A DNA stretch of 32,000 bases from Mycolicibacterium smegmatis. Its GTDB lineage: Bacteria; Actinomycetota; Actinomycetes; Mycobacteriales; Mycobacteriaceae. The notes under the pieces are model-generated. The model did no database searches and was not told the origin of the DNA. It worked only from the letters and a program-made list of their open reading frames with translations. Positions 9,773 through 20,721 of this stretch are shown one piece after another. The stretch is from contig NZ_LN831039.1 of NCBI RefSeq assembly GCF_001457595.1, positions 3,840,001 to 3,872,000 of the forward strand, given 5' to 3'. The stretch's first letter is position 1. Each line of letters starts with the position of its first letter. Both the position numbers and the translations under genes were made by a program.

Positions 9773-10548
9773 GCCGAGGCACCGTGCTGTGCGTGCGGGT
9801 CCGCGGCGTTCAAGATCGACACCACGTGGTCGTAGTCGCCGCGGGCCTCGCCGTAGCGCAGGAACTTCGCCTGCTCGACCAGGATCTCGTGGGCATCCGG
9901 TTCGGCTTCGAGCAAGGTCATCACGTCGGCGATGAAAACGTCGAGCGGCACGCCGTTCTCGTCCTCCTCGTGTCCGGGCATCAGTTGTGTGCGCACAGAC
10001 GGCGGCACCAGTTCCACGACCTTCACACTGGTGTCCGCGAGCTGCATGCGGATCGATTCGCTGAGCATGTGGATGGCGGCCTTGGAGGCGTTGTAGGTGG
10101 GCGTCACGCCCAGCGGTGTGAAGGCCAGACCTGAACTCACGGTGACGATCGTGGAATCCGGCTGCGCCTGAAGATGTTCGACGAACGCCGCGATCAATCT
10201 GATGGGTCCCAGCACATTCGTCTCGACGGTGGCCTCGGCCGTGGCCAGGAAGGTCTCCGGCTGGTGCCAGTCCTCGACGCGCATGATCCCGGCCATGGTG
10301 ACCAGGACGTTGAGGTCGGGGTGGTCGCTCAGCACCTGGTGTGCGGCGGCCGCGATGCTGGCGGGATCGGTCGTGTCGATGACGACGCCTCCCAGGTCGG
10401 GGTGCTCGGCGGTGATCCTGTCCAGCTCGGGGGTCCGGCGCCCGCCGATGATGACGGTGTTGCCCTTGTCCCGTAGTGCCAATGCCAGTGCCAGACCGAT
10501 GCCGCTGGTGGATCCAGGGATGAAGATGGTGTTTCCTGAGATCTTCAC
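9769..10548 (-). CDS. Short-chain dehydrogenase/reductase (SDR)
   Basis: IFIPGSTSGIGLALA glycine motif, VSSGLAF, and YNASKAA catalytic YxxxK. Confidence 0.85.
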   Translation of the reverse strand: MKISGNTIFIPGSTSGIGLALALALRDKGNTVIIGGRRTPELDRITAEHPDLGGVVIDTTDPASIAAAAHQVLSDHPDLNVLVTMAGIMRVEDWHQPETFLATAEATVETNVLGPIRLIAAFVEHLQAQPDSTIVTVSSGLAFTPLGVTPTYNASKAAIHMLSESIRMQLADTSVKVVELVPPSVRTQLMPGHEEDENGVPLDVFIADVMTLLEAEPDAHEILVEQAKFLRYGEARGDYDHVVSILNAADPHAQHGASA

Positions 10549-10579
10549 TGAGTTCTCCTCGTGCCAGATGGGTCGGTGG

Positions 10580-12130
10580 TCACGCCGGAGTCGGCGTGCC
10601 CGAAACAGATTCGAGCTCTTCGATGGCCGCGGCCACGCCCGCGCCGTACGCCGGATCGGCCTTCGCGCAGTGTCCGACCCACCGCTGTTGAATCTCGGCG
10701 GGCACCCCGCGCATGGCCCTGGCGGTGTTGCCGAACAACCTGCGCTGCTCGTCGGGTGTCATCAGCCGGAACAGATTTCCGGGCTGTGTGTAGTAGTCGG
10801 CGTCGTCCTCGCGGAAGTTCCAGTTGCGCGCCGAGACGTCACCGAGCGGCTCCGGCGGGTATGCATAGGCCGGCTGCTCCTGCCATTCCCCGTAGCTGTT
10901 GGGCTCGTAGCCCAAGGTGCTGCCGTAGTTTCCGTCGACACGCATGGCGCCGTCACGGTGATAGCCGTGCACCGGGCACCGGGCGGTGTTCACCGGGATC
11001 TGGTGGTGGTTGATCCCCAGCCGGTAGTTCTGTGCGTCGTTGTAGGAGAACAGCCGGCCCTGCAGCATCTTGTCCGGTGAGAAACCGATTCCCGGCACGA
11101 TTCGCGCCGGGGAGAATGCGGCCTGCTCCACCTCGGCGAAGTAGTTGTCCGGATTGCGGTTGAGTTCCCACTCGCCCACCTCGATCAACGGGTAGTCGGC
11201 GTGCGGCCAGACCTTGGTCAGGTCGAACGGGTGGTACGGCACCGTCGCGGCGTCGGATTCCGGCATGATCTGTACGCACAGCTTCCAGCGCGGGAAGTCG
11301 CCACATTCGATGGCCTCGTACAGGTCACGCTGATGGCTCTCGCGGTCCGTGCCGATGAGCGCCTCGGCTTCGGCATCCGTGAGGTGGCCGAGTTCCTGTT
11401 GGCAGACATGGTGGAACTTGACCCAATGCCGCACACCCTCGGCATTGACGAAACTGTAGGTGTGCGAGCCGAACCCGTGCATACGGCGGTAGGACGACGG
11501 GATTCCCCGGTCTCCCATCGTCATGGTCACCTGGTGCAGCGATTCCGGCAGCAGGCTCCACCAGTCCCAGTTGTTGTGCGGGCTGCGCAGATTGGTGCGG
11601 GGGTCCCGCTTGACGACGTGGTTGAGGTCGGTGAACTTCAGTGGGTCACGGATGAAGAACACCGGGGTGTTGTTTCCGACCAGGTCCCAGTTGCCCTCCT
11701 CGGTGTAGAACTTGACCGCGAACCCGCGGATGTCACGCTCGGCGTCGGCGGCGCCGCGTTCACCGGCCACGGTCGAGAACCGCACGAACAGGTCGGTCTG
11801 CTTGCCGATTTCGGAGAACAGTTTGGCCGTGGTGAACCGGGTGATGTCGCCTGTGACGGTGAAGGTCCCGTACGCGCCGGACCCCTTCGCGTGCATGCGG
11901 CGTTCCGGGATGACCTCCCGGTCGAAGTGGGCCAGTTTCTCCAGGTACCACACATACTGCAGCAGCATCGGGCCACGTGGGCCTGCGGTGATCACGTTGT
12001 TGTTGTCGACGACGGGCGCGCCTGCGATCGTCGTCAACTTGCCGTTCGACGATGTGCCGTTCGTCTCGGGCGCGGCCCCGTTACCGTTGGTGGTCACTTG
12101 CTCTCCTCTTCGACGGTCGATCGCGGTCAT
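10580..12130 (-). CDS. Monofunctional heme catalase (small-subunit type)
   Basis: Catalase core: [69 protein letters not shown], and [14 protein letters not shown] (proximal Tyr region). The start is ambiguous: ATG at 12130, or GTG at 12097 preceded by GAGGAG. The ORF-track extension to 12460 overlaps the LuxR gene and is rejected. Confidence 0.9.
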   Translation of the reverse strand: MTAIDRRRGEQVTTNGNGAAPETNGTSSNGKLTTIAGAPVVDNNNVITAGPRGPMLLQYVWYLEKLAHFDREVIPERRMHAKGSGAYGTFTVTGDITRFTTAKLFSEIGKQTDLFVRFSTVAGERGAADAERDIRGFAVKFYTEEGNWDLVGNNTPVFFIRDPLKFTDLNHVVKRDPRTNLRSPHNNWDWWSLLPESLHQVTMTMGDRGIPSSYRRMHGFGSHTYSFVNAEGVRHWVKFHHVCQQELGHLTDAEAEALIGTDRESHQRDLYEAIECGDFPRWKLCVQIMPESDAATVPYHPFDLTKVWPHADYPLIEVGEWELNRNPDNYFAEVEQAAFSPARIVPGIGFSPDKMLQGRLFSYNDAQNYRLGINHHQIPVNTARCPVHGYHRDGAMRVDGNYGSTLGYEPNSYGEWQEQPAYAYPPEPLGDVSARNWNFREDDADYYTQPGNLFRLMTPDEQRRLFGNTARAMRGVPAEIQQRWVGHCAKADPAYGAGVAAAIEELESVSGTPTPA

Positions 12131-12169
12131 TCGACTCAACCAGCGGCCCGTGCTCGATTGCGCCCGTGT

Positions 12170-12206
12170 CACCCCGGGGCGCTGACGCCAGGGGTTTCCC
12201 GGGGTG
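12170..12206 (-). terminator. Candidate hairpin just downstream of the LuxR-family gene
   Basis: CACCCCGGG (12170-12178) and CCCGGGGTG (12198-12206) form a perfect 9-bp GC-rich stem with a 19-nt loop, 8 nt beyond the stop codon at 12214-12216. There is no U-tract. Confidence 0.3.
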
Positions 12207-12213
12207 CACGGAC

Positions 12214-14961
12214 CTACGGTGGCGGCAGTTCGCGGCTGCGTAGCTCCTTGCGGGATGCGACGCCGAGCTTGGAGAAGATCTTGCTCAAATGCCATTCGAC
12301 CGTGCGCGCACTGATGAACAACTGCGCCGCGATCTCGGAATTGGTCCGGCCCTCGGCGGCCAATCGGGCGATGTGGCTCTCCTGGCCCGTCAGCTCGACC
12401 ACTGGTCCCCCGTCGCGCCTGCGTACGGCCTCCCCGGTCGCTTCGAGTTCGCGCCGGCACCGATCGGCGAACCCTTCTGCGCCCATCTCGCTGAACATCT
12501 CCTCAGCACGGTGCAGCGCAGCGCGGGCATCCATCCGCCGCCCTTGTCGTCGTAGCCATTCCCCGTACACCAGATACGTGCGGGCCAGGTAGACGACGGC
12601 GGTGCTGCCCTCCAGATGCGCGATGGCGCTGCGGTATTCCGCCTCGGCCTCCGATCCCTCGGTCAGCAACGCCCGTGCACGTGCCGCAAGGCCCAGCGCG
12701 GTGGTGGTCCCGCCGGCCTCGGCACGTTCGACCAGCCGGGTGAGCGCCTCCCCCGCCGCTGCCGTCTCGGCGCTTCGCGAAGCCGCCTCGATCAACTCCA
12801 CGAGCACGAGGTTCGTGATGCCGATGTCGTCGTACGCCAGCGCGGCCCGGCAGCAGTTGAGCGCCTCGCCGTACTGGCCGAGGCTGTTGTGCAGTACCGC
12901 CGATGCGAACATGGCGGCGCCCACCGAGTAACCGTGGCCGTGGACCTTGTCCGCATCCTCGGTGATCGCCACGACGATTTCGCGTGTCGCCTTCTCCTGC
13001 CCCTGAAAGGCGGTCAACAGGGCGGTACCGACGCCGAGTTGAGGGCCGCCGATCGCTGTGGCGATGGCCTCTGCCTCGGAAAGGTGCGCCGCGGCGTCCG
13101 CCAACCGTCCGGAGAAGATCTCCGCCGTCGCGAGCGCACCGAGGGCCGGCGGAAGCGTGGCCAGTGCGCCGGCACCGGCGAGCAGCGCGTGCTGGCGCAG
13201 CGCGAGAGTTTCGAAGGCGTCGAAATCGAAGAGCTCCAGACAGATTCGCGTCGCCATGTCGTAATACTGCGGCTCCGCCGTTGCGTCGGCGTCGAGGCGT
13301 AGGAACTCCTGCATGGCCTTCTTCAACGACACGGCCCCGTCCACATATCCGTCGAGCATCCGAACGATCAGCCCGCACAGCAGGACATCAACCGCCCGCT
13401 GCGGCACGAGGGGCCCGACAAGCGGTCGGGCCGCGCCCGCGACGGACACTGCACTGGTCGTCGGGCCCGACATCCGGCCCGCCTGGATCGCCGCCGACAG
13501 CGCCTCGAACACGTTCTCGCGGGCGAGTTCTGGGGCTGCATCGGCCAGTCGCCCGGCGGTCTGCATCAGCAGCGGCACCGCATCTGCGGGGCGGGCCACC
13601 GCTCTGGCCCGCAGCCGGTCGATTCTGGCGGTCGTCAGGTCGTCGTCGGTCATCCGCCGGGCATCCACCAGCAGTGCCGCCGCCGACTGCGGCGCACCGG
13701 TGTCGAGTTTCGCCTGCGCGGCAGCGAGCGCACGCTCGACCCGCACCTGAGGGTCCGGGGTCAGACTGGATGCGAACGCCAGGAACGCCGCGGCCGCCGC
13801 GACCCCTCCCCGTTTGCGGGCGTCCCCGGCCGCGCTCTCCAACTGCGCGGCGACGTGCTCGTCGGGTCCGGCGGACGCGTGCCCCAGATGCCAGGCGAGG
13901 TGCTCGGTAGCGGAGGGCCCGTCGATGACGGCCGCCAGGGCCCGATGCGCCCTGCGGCGCTCGGCGGTACCGGCGTTTCGGTAGACCACTGACCGAATCA
14001 TGGGGTGGCGAAAGCACACCCGACTGTCGATCGAGATGAGATCGGCATCGACGGCCATATCCGCTGCGTCTTCGGGAAGACCGAGGTGGTCGGCAGCACC
14101 GGCCAACCATCGCGGGTCACCGGTGGGGTCTGCGGCGGCCACCAACAGCAGCGTCGTGGCGTGTGCGGGCAGATCGGCGAGGCGTCGATCGAAACTTCGT
14201 CGCAGCCGGCCGGCGAGCTGGTCGGCGTTCGCGAGCCCGAACCCGCCGGCCAGTTCCGCCGGTGTGAACACCCGGTGCAGCTCCAGTAGCGCCAGCGGGT
14301 TTCCGCGGGATTCGGCGAGAATGTTCTCACGCACCTGCTCGTCGATCTCCCCGGGCATCGTCCTGGTGAGCAGCGCCCGGGCGTCGTCGTCGGCGAGCCC
14401 GCGCAGTTGAAGTTCGGCGAGGCCGTTGAGGATTCGGTCCTCGCGTCGTTGGCACGCGGCAAACACGATCAGCGTCGGGTCGGCGTCCAGACGCCTGGCC
14501 GCGAAGGCCACCGCACGGAGTGACTCGGCGTCGACCCATTGCGCGTCATCGATCACACAAAGGGTCGGGCGTTCGGCCGATGCCTCCGACATCAACGTCA
14601 AGAGCGCAAGCCCGACGATCAACCGGTCCGGTGGGTCGCCGTCGGCCACGCCCAGCGCCACCTGCAGTGCGCGCTGCTGCGGCACAGGCAACCGGTCGAG
14701 GCGGTTGAGCAGCGGGGTGCACAGCTGGTGCAATCCGGCATAGGCCAGCTCCATCTCGGATTCGGAGCCACGGATCCGCAACACCCGGAAGTCGGCCGCG
14801 CGGGCGATCAGGTAGTCGAGGATGGACGTCTTCCCGACGCCAGGGTCGCCGCGCACGACGATCGTCGCGCTGTGCCCGCCACGTGCCTGGCTTAGCAGCC
14901 GCGCGAGCTGTTCCTGTTCACGATGTCTTCCGAGCAGACGGCGGGGACGGATTCCGGTCAT
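12214..14961 (-). CDS. LAL-type (large ATP-binding LuxR family) transcriptional regulator
   Basis: N-terminal Walker A ([12 protein letters not shown]), a long helical/TPR-like middle, and a C-terminal LuxR HTH ([45 protein letters not shown]). Start taken at ATG 14961 ([15 protein letters not shown]); the ORF is open to GTG 15009. Confidence 0.85.
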   Translation of the reverse strand: MTGIRPRRLLGRHREQEQLARLLSQARGGHSATIVVRGDPGVGKTSILDYLIARAADFRVLRIRGSESEMELAYAGLHQLCTPLLNRLDRLPVPQQRALQVALGVADGDPPDRLIVGLALLTLMSEASAERPTLCVIDDAQWVDAESLRAVAFAARRLDADPTLIVFAACQRREDRILNGLAELQLRGLADDDARALLTRTMPGEIDEQVRENILAESRGNPLALLELHRVFTPAELAGGFGLANADQLAGRLRRSFDRRLADLPAHATTLLLVAAADPTGDPRWLAGAADHLGLPEDAADMAVDADLISIDSRVCFRHPMIRSVVYRNAGTAERRRAHRALAAVIDGPSATEHLAWHLGHASAGPDEHVAAQLESAAGDARKRGGVAAAAAFLAFASSLTPDPQVRVERALAAAQAKLDTGAPQSAAALLVDARRMTDDDLTTARIDRLRARAVARPADAVPLLMQTAGRLADAAPELARENVFEALSAAIQAGRMSGPTTSAVSVAGAARPLVGPLVPQRAVDVLLCGLIVRMLDGYVDGAVSLKKAMQEFLRLDADATAEPQYYDMATRICLELFDFDAFETLALRQHALLAGAGALATLPPALGALATAEIFSGRLADAAAHLSEAEAIATAIGGPQLGVGTALLTAFQGQEKATREIVVAITEDADKVHGHGYSVGAAMFASAVLHNSLGQYGEALNCCRAALAYDDIGITNLVLVELIEAASRSAETAAAGEALTRLVERAEAGGTTTALGLAARARALLTEGSEAEAEYRSAIAHLEGSTAVVYLARTYLVYGEWLRRQGRRMDARAALHRAEEMFSEMGAEGFADRCRRELEATGEAVRRRDGGPVVELTGQESHIARLAAEGRTNSEIAAQLFISARTVEWHLSKIFSKLGVASRKELRSRELPPP

Positions 14962-15054
14962 GCCGGCATGAACGTACGTTCCGCGAAAATCGATGTCAGC
15001 CGGTCGCACCGACTTCGCGCCGGCCGCACCCCGTTCACTCCGTCCAGGGTGCCG

Positions 15055-15693
15055 TCAGCCCGGCAGAGCGTTCGACGTGATGAGGCCGACGAAGTTCCCG
15101 CGGCGGAAGTCGGGGTCGAAATGCGCCAGCACGTCGTCGTTCATGGTCCCGAACGTGGTCTCCGGTCGGTGCCGCATGCCCTCGTTGAACGCGTTCAGGA
15201 TGCCGTCGGCGAAGTTGACCCGCGGATGGACCGCCAGAATCTCCTGGATCTCGGAGGAGTTGAGCGCGTCGAGCCCGAGTCCCAGCACGTCTGTCTCGAC
15301 CCCCGCGGTGACGAGCGCGATCTCAGGCTCCATGCGGTCGGGAATGCCGGGGGTGGTGTGCAGCGCGATCCCGAGCCACACCTGCCTGGCCTCGCGCTCC
15401 GAGAATCCGTGGCCCAGCAGGAACGAGCGTGCGGTGTCAGCGCCGTCGAGCTCGAAGCGCTGGTCGGTGCTGCCGTATTTCTGTGTCAGGCCGAGGTCGT
15501 GGAACATCGCGCCGATGTAGAGCAGTTCAGGGTCCGGCACCAACCCGCGCCGTGTGCCCTGCAGGCTGCCCCACAGGTACACCCGCCGCGAATGGTGGAA
15601 CACCAGGTCATCAGCGACGTCGCGGACGAGCTCGGTGGCCTCACGGGTGAGGGCGGAATCCGGAATCGCTACGCCGGCAATATCTTCGGCCAT
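15055..15693 (-). CDS. HD-domain metal-dependent phosphohydrolase
   Basis: 212 aa with H...HD signature (VFHHSRRVY ... GAMFHDLGL). Confidence 0.8.
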   Translation of the reverse strand: MAEDIAGVAIPDSALTREATELVRDVADDLVFHHSRRVYLWGSLQGTRRGLVPDPELLYIGAMFHDLGLTQKYGSTDQRFELDGADTARSFLLGHGFSEREARQVWLGIALHTTPGIPDRMEPEIALVTAGVETDVLGLGLDALNSSEIQEILAVHPRVNFADGILNAFNEGMRHRPETTFGTMNDDVLAHFDPDFRRGNFVGLITSNALPG

Positions 15694-15799
15694 CGTTTAT
15701 GCCTTTCGTGACACCACAGGGGCGTTTGACGGGACGCGGGCGGCGGTCGCCTGATCGCCGTTCCATCGTCCGGCCGACGGGACGCGATCCGCGCCCGTG

Positions 15800-18376
15800 T
15801 CACCCCCGGGTCGCGGCACGGGTGTCCTCAGGTGTGGCGATCTCGGAGAGGAACTGTTCGAAGGTGGTCGGGGTCCGCGTTTCGTCGTTGCGGGGTTCGC
15901 GCATGATGATTCGGCGTTCGGCGACGTCGAGAGTCATCTGGGTGGTGCCGCTCGCCATGTGTTCGGAGAATCCGGCCGCCAGGAGATCGTCGTGCATCGT
16001 CTGTGCGTCGATCTCCTGACGCAGCGGTGGTGCGTTTGCGGACGGTCTCACCGGTCGCCATGAGCTCGGTCCGTGCGCGCTCGGCGAAGCCGGCCATTCC
16101 CATCGACTCGAACATGTCGAGCGCAATGCGCAGCTGTGTGCGGGCGTCGGTGCGTCGGCGTTCCCGGCGCAGCCATTCGCCGTAGACCAGGTGGGCTCGA
16201 GCGAGATCGGTGCGCAGGCGCGTGCGGCAGCCTCCACGAGTTCCAGCGCGGCCCACGTCGACAACGCCATGTCGATCTGGCCTGCCGCGCGTTCGGCCGG
16301 CGGCAGCGCGGCCGGGTAGTCACCGATGCCGTTGTGCAGCAACGCTTCGGAGTACTCTGCGGTGCTCAACCAGATTCCTTCACCGCGCGCCATGACATCC
16401 GCCATTGTGGATTCGATCATTGTCAACGTTTCGGCCCGTTGACCGCGCGTGGCCGCGAGCTGGACACCGGGTTTGGTGGCGAGCGCGTCTCCGGTTGCCT
16501 CTGTCACGGTCTTCAGCTCCTGAAGCAGCGCCGCCGCGGCGCCGAGCTCACCGGAAAGGGTGAGCCATACCGCACGCGAACCGAGCGCGAGCGGCAGCTC
16601 CGCCAGCGCACCCGCAGTGCGCGCGAGCTCGATATGCCGTGCCGACAGCACATCCCAGCTTTCGTCGTCCCAGATGTGCAGTGCCGCAATACCTGCCAGC
16701 CACAGAAAGCGACGTTCGCCGTCGGCTACGCCATGTCGTGCGCTGCTGACGGCGCGCCGCAGGGTGGGCACCGCCGCCGCATATCCGTCGGTGAAATATG
16801 TCGAGAACCCCTCTAGCAGAAGGGCAGTCAGCGTTTCCCGTGGCGGTATCGAGGAGGTCCGCGCCGCACGGGCCACATCTCGCACGCCGCCGCCGACTGC
16901 GAGTCGGCCCGCGAAGATCGCGGCCTGCAACGCTTCGAGGTATGTGGTGCGGGACAACTCGGCATCGACGGCCTCCAGCCGCCGGGCGGCCTTGAGCAAC
17001 AGCGTCGGGGCATCACTGCCCCGGTCGGTGACGTAGGCCAGCTGCGCGCGGACCAGGTCTGCGCGGGCGCCCAGGTGGTCGGTGAGCGGGCCGCCCTCGA
17101 CCACGGCCAGCAGGTCTGCGGCGGCCTCGAACGCGCCGGCCTGTGCCTTCGACGAGGACGCAGCCAATGCACGCTCGGCGCGCAGGACCGGATCGAGCGT
17201 CAGCATCGTCGCGCGCTCCAAGAACGCAGCCGCGGCGGCCAGCCCGCCGCGGGCCTGTGCACGACTGGCGCATCGTTCGAGTTCCGCCGCGACCGCCTCG
17301 TCGGGGCCCGCTGTGGCCTGCGCCCGGTGCCAGGCACAACGGTCGGGGTCACGCTCCGAGTCGGTCACCTCGGCCAGGGCACGGTGTGCCAACAGCCGGT
17401 CTCGCAGCGTCGCCGACCGGTAGATCGCCGAGCGCACGAGCGGGTGACGGAACCGCACGCGGATACCGAACTCGGCCAACCCGTCGGCCGTCGCGGGTTC
17501 GCCGGCGTCGGCGTCGATGCCCAGGCGGGCCGCGGCCCGCCACATCAGCGTCGGATCACCGGTCGGCTCGGCCGCGGCGATCAGGAGCAGCCGTCTGGTG
17601 TGCTCCGGCAGTGCGGCCATCCGGCGCTGGAAGCTCTCCTCGATGCGGCCCGACAACCGCACCGCACTGGGAATTCCGAAGCCGCCCGCCAACTCCCGGT
17701 CGGTCAGGTCACGCGGCAGCTCCATCAGAGCCAGCGGGTTTCCCCGGGTTTCGGCGATGATCTGATCGCGAATCCGCTCGTCGAGCGGTGCGTTCCACAC
17801 CGAGTCCATGAGCGCCGCGGCGTCCGCGTGGGGCAACCCGGCCAGTTCCAGCGTCGGCAGTTTCGCGATCTCGGGGTCGGGGGTACGGGTGGCCATGATC
17901 AGCGCGATGGGATCGGCGCCCAGCCGGCGTGCCACGAACGAGAGCACCCGGACCGATGCGCTGTCCAGCCACTGCACGTCATCGATGAGGCAGACCAGAG
18001 GCTGCTCCTCGGCGACGTGGGACAGCAGACTCAGCGCGGCCAGCCCGATCAGCAGCCGGTCGGGCGCAGTTCCCGCATTCAGGCCGAATGCGCTGCCCAG
18101 GGCCTCGCGTTGCGGATCCGGTAGATGATCGAGCCGGTCCAGCATCGGCATGCACAGCTGCTGCAGGCCGGCGTAGGCGAGTTCCATCTCGGATTCGATC
18201 CCCGCGGGCCGGATCAGCCGGTACCCCTCGGCTCGGCCGGCCACGTACTCGATCAATGCCGATTTGCCCACGCCCGGATCGCCACACACCACCAGTGCGC
18301 TGCCCGAGCCAGCACGGGCCGAGCGCAGGACGTCGTCGAGCACGCGGGATTCGGTTCGCCGGTCAATTAACTCCAT
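15800..18376 (-). pseudogene. Decayed paralog of the LAL/LuxR regulator (frame-disrupting internal deletion, no recognisable HTH)
   Basis: The N-terminus parallels the 12214-14961 gene ([32 protein letters not shown]). The conserved [26 protein letters not shown]...[17 protein letters not shown] block lies in a different frame (ORF 15828-16256). The switch is at about 16205-16230, where roughly 55-60 codons present in the paralog are absent. None of the three frames downstream of about 16025 shows a LuxR HTH. Confidence 0.7.
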
Positions 18377-18436
18377 TGACCATGAATGGTCTCATTTCCG
18401 ACGAGTTGATGCTGGACATCACCGATCAGCGCTTTG

Positions 18437-19033
18437 CTACTCGCTGGATGGCGCGGCAAGACTAGTGCGTACCCGGCGGCGTCCTCGATGCAGGCGGGAC
18501 ATCACCGTGCCGATCGACACGCCCGTGGCCTCGGCGACCTGCTTGTAGGACAGCCCCACCACGTCCGCGTAGTAGATGGCCATCCGGTAGGTCTCGGGCA
18601 ATGCCCGGATCGCCGCGGTGAGCCGTCCGTCGGGAATGGACTCCAGCACGGCGGCCTCGGGGGTGCGCCACGGATGAGTCCGGCAGTCGGCCGGTGCCTC
18701 CTGGTAGAAGTCCGCGACGAGCAGCTCAGGAGGCCGGCGTGACCGGAGACGATGGCTGTCGACCCAGGCGTTGTGCATGATCCGGTGCAGCCACGCCGTG
18801 AGATTGGTGCCCTCGCGAAAAGTCCCGAACCCGGCGAACGCCCGCAACATGGTGTCCTGAAGAAGATCTTCGGCATCCTGGCGTGTGCCGGTCAGGTGCA
18901 GCGCCCCGATGAACAGGCGACCCTGCAACGGAAGTGTCTCGCGCTCGAAGCGGACGACGAGGTCCGGATCGGTCGGTGGTGATGGGGTCGGGTTGCGCGG
19001 CGATGCTGTCGGTTCGGCGAGTGGAGTGATCAC
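18437..19033 (-). CDS. ECF (sigma-70 family) RNA polymerase sigma factor, SigH-like
   Basis: Region 2: DAEDLLQDTMLRAFAGFGTFREGTNLTAWLHRIMHNAW. Region 4: LPETYRMAIYYADVVGLSYKQVAEATGVSIGTVMSRLHRGRRRV. From memory, this closely resembles the mycobacterial SigH pattern. Confidence 0.85.
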   Translation of the reverse strand: MITPLAEPTASPRNPTPSPPTDPDLVVRFERETLPLQGRLFIGALHLTGTRQDAEDLLQDTMLRAFAGFGTFREGTNLTAWLHRIMHNAWVDSHRLRSRRPPELLVADFYQEAPADCRTHPWRTPEAAVLESIPDGRLTAAIRALPETYRMAIYYADVVGLSYKQVAEATGVSIGTVMSRLHRGRRRVRTSLAAPSSE

Positions 19034-19099
19034 GGGGGATCCTCTCGGTGCGGGGCGGCCCCGATCGGGCGGCGGGTGTGTCCGTTCGAGGTTCCGCCC

Positions 19100-20200
19100 G
19101 ATCCGCTCTCACTCGCATCGGCAGGTGCCTAGCGGAAGTGGCTAGGTGTAGGAGGGCACGACGTTGGTGACGCCTACACGGAGCCTAGAGACTGGTGGCT
19201 GGCCGCCGGATCCACTGTGCGGCCGGTGGTAGTTGTAATGGATGTTCCAGATGGCTATTGCGGATGAGCGGGCGTCTTCGTTGGTGAACTCCCGAGCGTA
19301 GAGCAGTTCCTCCGCCAGGATGCGTTGGTAGCGTTCCACTTTCCCGTTATGGCGAGGCGTGTACGGCTTCGTGCGTTGGTGCCGAGCCCGCTGGCCGATG
19401 CTTCGGGCGAAGTCGCCGGACCGGTAGCAGGCTCCGTTGTCGGTGACGATTCGGTGGATGTGGATGATGCCGTGGGCGGCGAACCAGACCTTCGCTCGGG
19501 CGAGAAAGGTAGCCGCGGTCGCGCCCTTCTCGTCAGCGAGCGGCTCGGTGTAGGCAAGCCGGGAGTATCCGTCGATCGCCGAGTGCAGGTAGGTATAGCC
19601 AGCCTTGGCGCCGGCGGTCTTGGCGCGGTCGGCCGCGCGGTTCTGCGCGCTATCGCGGCCATGGATGCGCCATCCGCCGCCATCGGGGATGCGACCAACT
19701 TTCTTGACGTCGAGGTGGATCATATGGCCGGGCCAGCGGGCGGTGATCCGGCCCGGCTGGCGGTTAGATTCACCGTTCGGGTCGAGGAACCTTCGGTGAT
19801 TGAGGCCGAGGTGTGCCAGGTGCCGCGTGACGGTACGGCGGTTGAGCTGGATGCCCTGCTCGGACAGGTCATGTGTAATCCGCTGGGCTGACCACTTTTT
19901 CTCACGCCGACTGGTCTCGATCAGGGCGACTACGTGCGCTGGCGTTGCGGTGGGGCTGTGATGAGGCGTGGAGGAACGGTCGTGTAGGCCGAGTTCGCCG
20001 TGGCGTCGCCATCGATTGACCCACTTGCTCGCGCAGGCACGAGAGATGCCCATTTCCTTGGCTACGTGGGCGATGGGTCTGTTGCGGCATCGCTCGATGA
20101 GCCGATGGCGACCTTCGATCGTCAGCGGCGCGTTCTTGTGGGTCACTTTGTCGGACTGGGCGCGGATGCACGGCGCGCGGTGTCGCGGCTGTCGATGGCT
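19100..20200 (-). mobile_element. IS481-family insertion sequence (boundaries approximate, inverted repeats not confidently resolved)
   Basis: A single transposase ORF fills about 1 kb, as in IS481-type elements. The best candidate ends (19115-19143 vs reverse complement of 20141-20169) match at only about 14 of 29 positions, giving a 1055-bp element. No target-site duplication was found. Confidence 0.55.
19142..20146 (-). CDS. IS481-family transposase (HTH + DDE/rve integrase core)
   Basis: N-terminal HTH (IAHVAKEMGISRACASKWVNRW). DDE core: HLDVKK, LHSAIDGYSRLAY, TDNGACYRS, KPYTPRHNGKVERYQRIL. Confidence 0.9.
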   Translation of the reverse strand: MTHKNAPLTIEGRHRLIERCRNRPIAHVAKEMGISRACASKWVNRWRRHGELGLHDRSSTPHHSPTATPAHVVALIETSRREKKWSAQRITHDLSEQGIQLNRRTVTRHLAHLGLNHRRFLDPNGESNRQPGRITARWPGHMIHLDVKKVGRIPDGGGWRIHGRDSAQNRAADRAKTAGAKAGYTYLHSAIDGYSRLAYTEPLADEKGATAATFLARAKVWFAAHGIIHIHRIVTDNGACYRSGDFARSIGQRARHQRTKPYTPRHNGKVERYQRILAEELLYAREFTNEDARSSAIAIWNIHYNYHRPHSGSGGQPPVSRLRVGVTNVVPSYT

Positions 20201-20652
20201 TGGCGCACTTCGGTGATCGCCGCTCGGATCATGTACCCGTATGCATCGTCGTTGAGCGATGCGGTGTGATGCTCGGCGTTCTCGATGTGCTCGGTGGCCG
20301 CGTCGAACGAACCGAGGCGGCGGAGGTTGTCAGCGATATTGACGTAGAGACTGGGGTAGAAGCCGGCGACGTGAAGGCTTGCGTGGTACTGCTGGGCTCG
20401 ATCATCGCTGAGAAGGTTGGCGGCATCAAGGGCGCGGACGTCCCACATCAACGCGGCCGCAGGGTCTTCGTAGAGATCAGCCAGGTAGTGGGCAAGAGTG
20501 CAGCGATGGAACGGGTCGCCGGCTACGCCAATCTGCTTCCAGATAGCGAGCAATTCTTGTCGTGCAGACCCCTTATCGCCGTCGCGGCCGAGGACCACTG
20601 CTGTGGTGATGGCTTCCATTGTCGGGTCAGGCGAAGTGGCGTTGCTCGTCAT
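20143..20652 (-). CDS. Hypothetical all-helical (TPR-like) protein; the 3' end may run into the IS
   Basis: 169 aa with a helical-repeat-like composition (AHYLADLYEDPAAALMWDVRALDAA...). The stop overlaps the transposase ATG by 4 nt, so the last codons may be IS-derived. Confidence 0.5.
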   Translation of the reverse strand: MTSNATSPDPTMEAITTAVVLGRDGDKGSARQELLAIWKQIGVAGDPFHRCTLAHYLADLYEDPAAALMWDVRALDAANLLSDDRAQQYHASLHVAGFYPSLYVNIADNLRRLGSFDAATEHIENAEHHTASLNDDAYGYMIRAAITEVRQAIDSRDTARRASAPSPTK

Positions 20653-20721
20653 GAGAGTTGTTCTGTCCTTTCGGTTTAGAGGGTTACGGGCTTTCGGGCC
20701 GTCGTGCTGAGCGAAGTTCAG

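Noticed and set aside
12131-12460. N-terminal 110-codon extension of the catalase ORF in the ORF track
   Set aside because: It overlaps the 3' end of the LuxR gene on the same strand. It is Arg/Gly/Pro-rich and lies upstream of two better starts (ATG 12130; GTG 12097 with GAGGAG).
11201-12592. 463-aa plus-strand ORF opposite the catalase and the LuxR 3' end
   Set aside because: This is a shadow ORF with no recognisable motifs. It fully overlaps two well-supported minus-strand genes.
14923-15711. 262-aa plus-strand ORF opposite the HD-domain gene
   Set aside because: This is a shadow frame. The minus strand carries the H..HD signature.
15800-15997. Independent 65-aa gene ([17 protein letters not shown]...) upstream of the HD gene
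   Set aside because: Not reported as a feature. Its codon bias looks coding, but it has no recognisable family or clear SD, and it is contiguous with the decayed LAL reading frame. It is mentioned under the LAL finding instead.
17075-18124. 349-aa plus-strand ORF opposite the second LAL gene
   Set aside because: This is a shadow frame with a low-complexity Arg/Gly/Gln-rich sequence.
19103-20225. CCGCTC at 19103-19108 and 20220-20225 as a possible IS481 target-site duplication
   Set aside because: The sequences just inside these positions show no inverted-repeat relationship. A 6-mer match of this kind is expected by chance in this composition.
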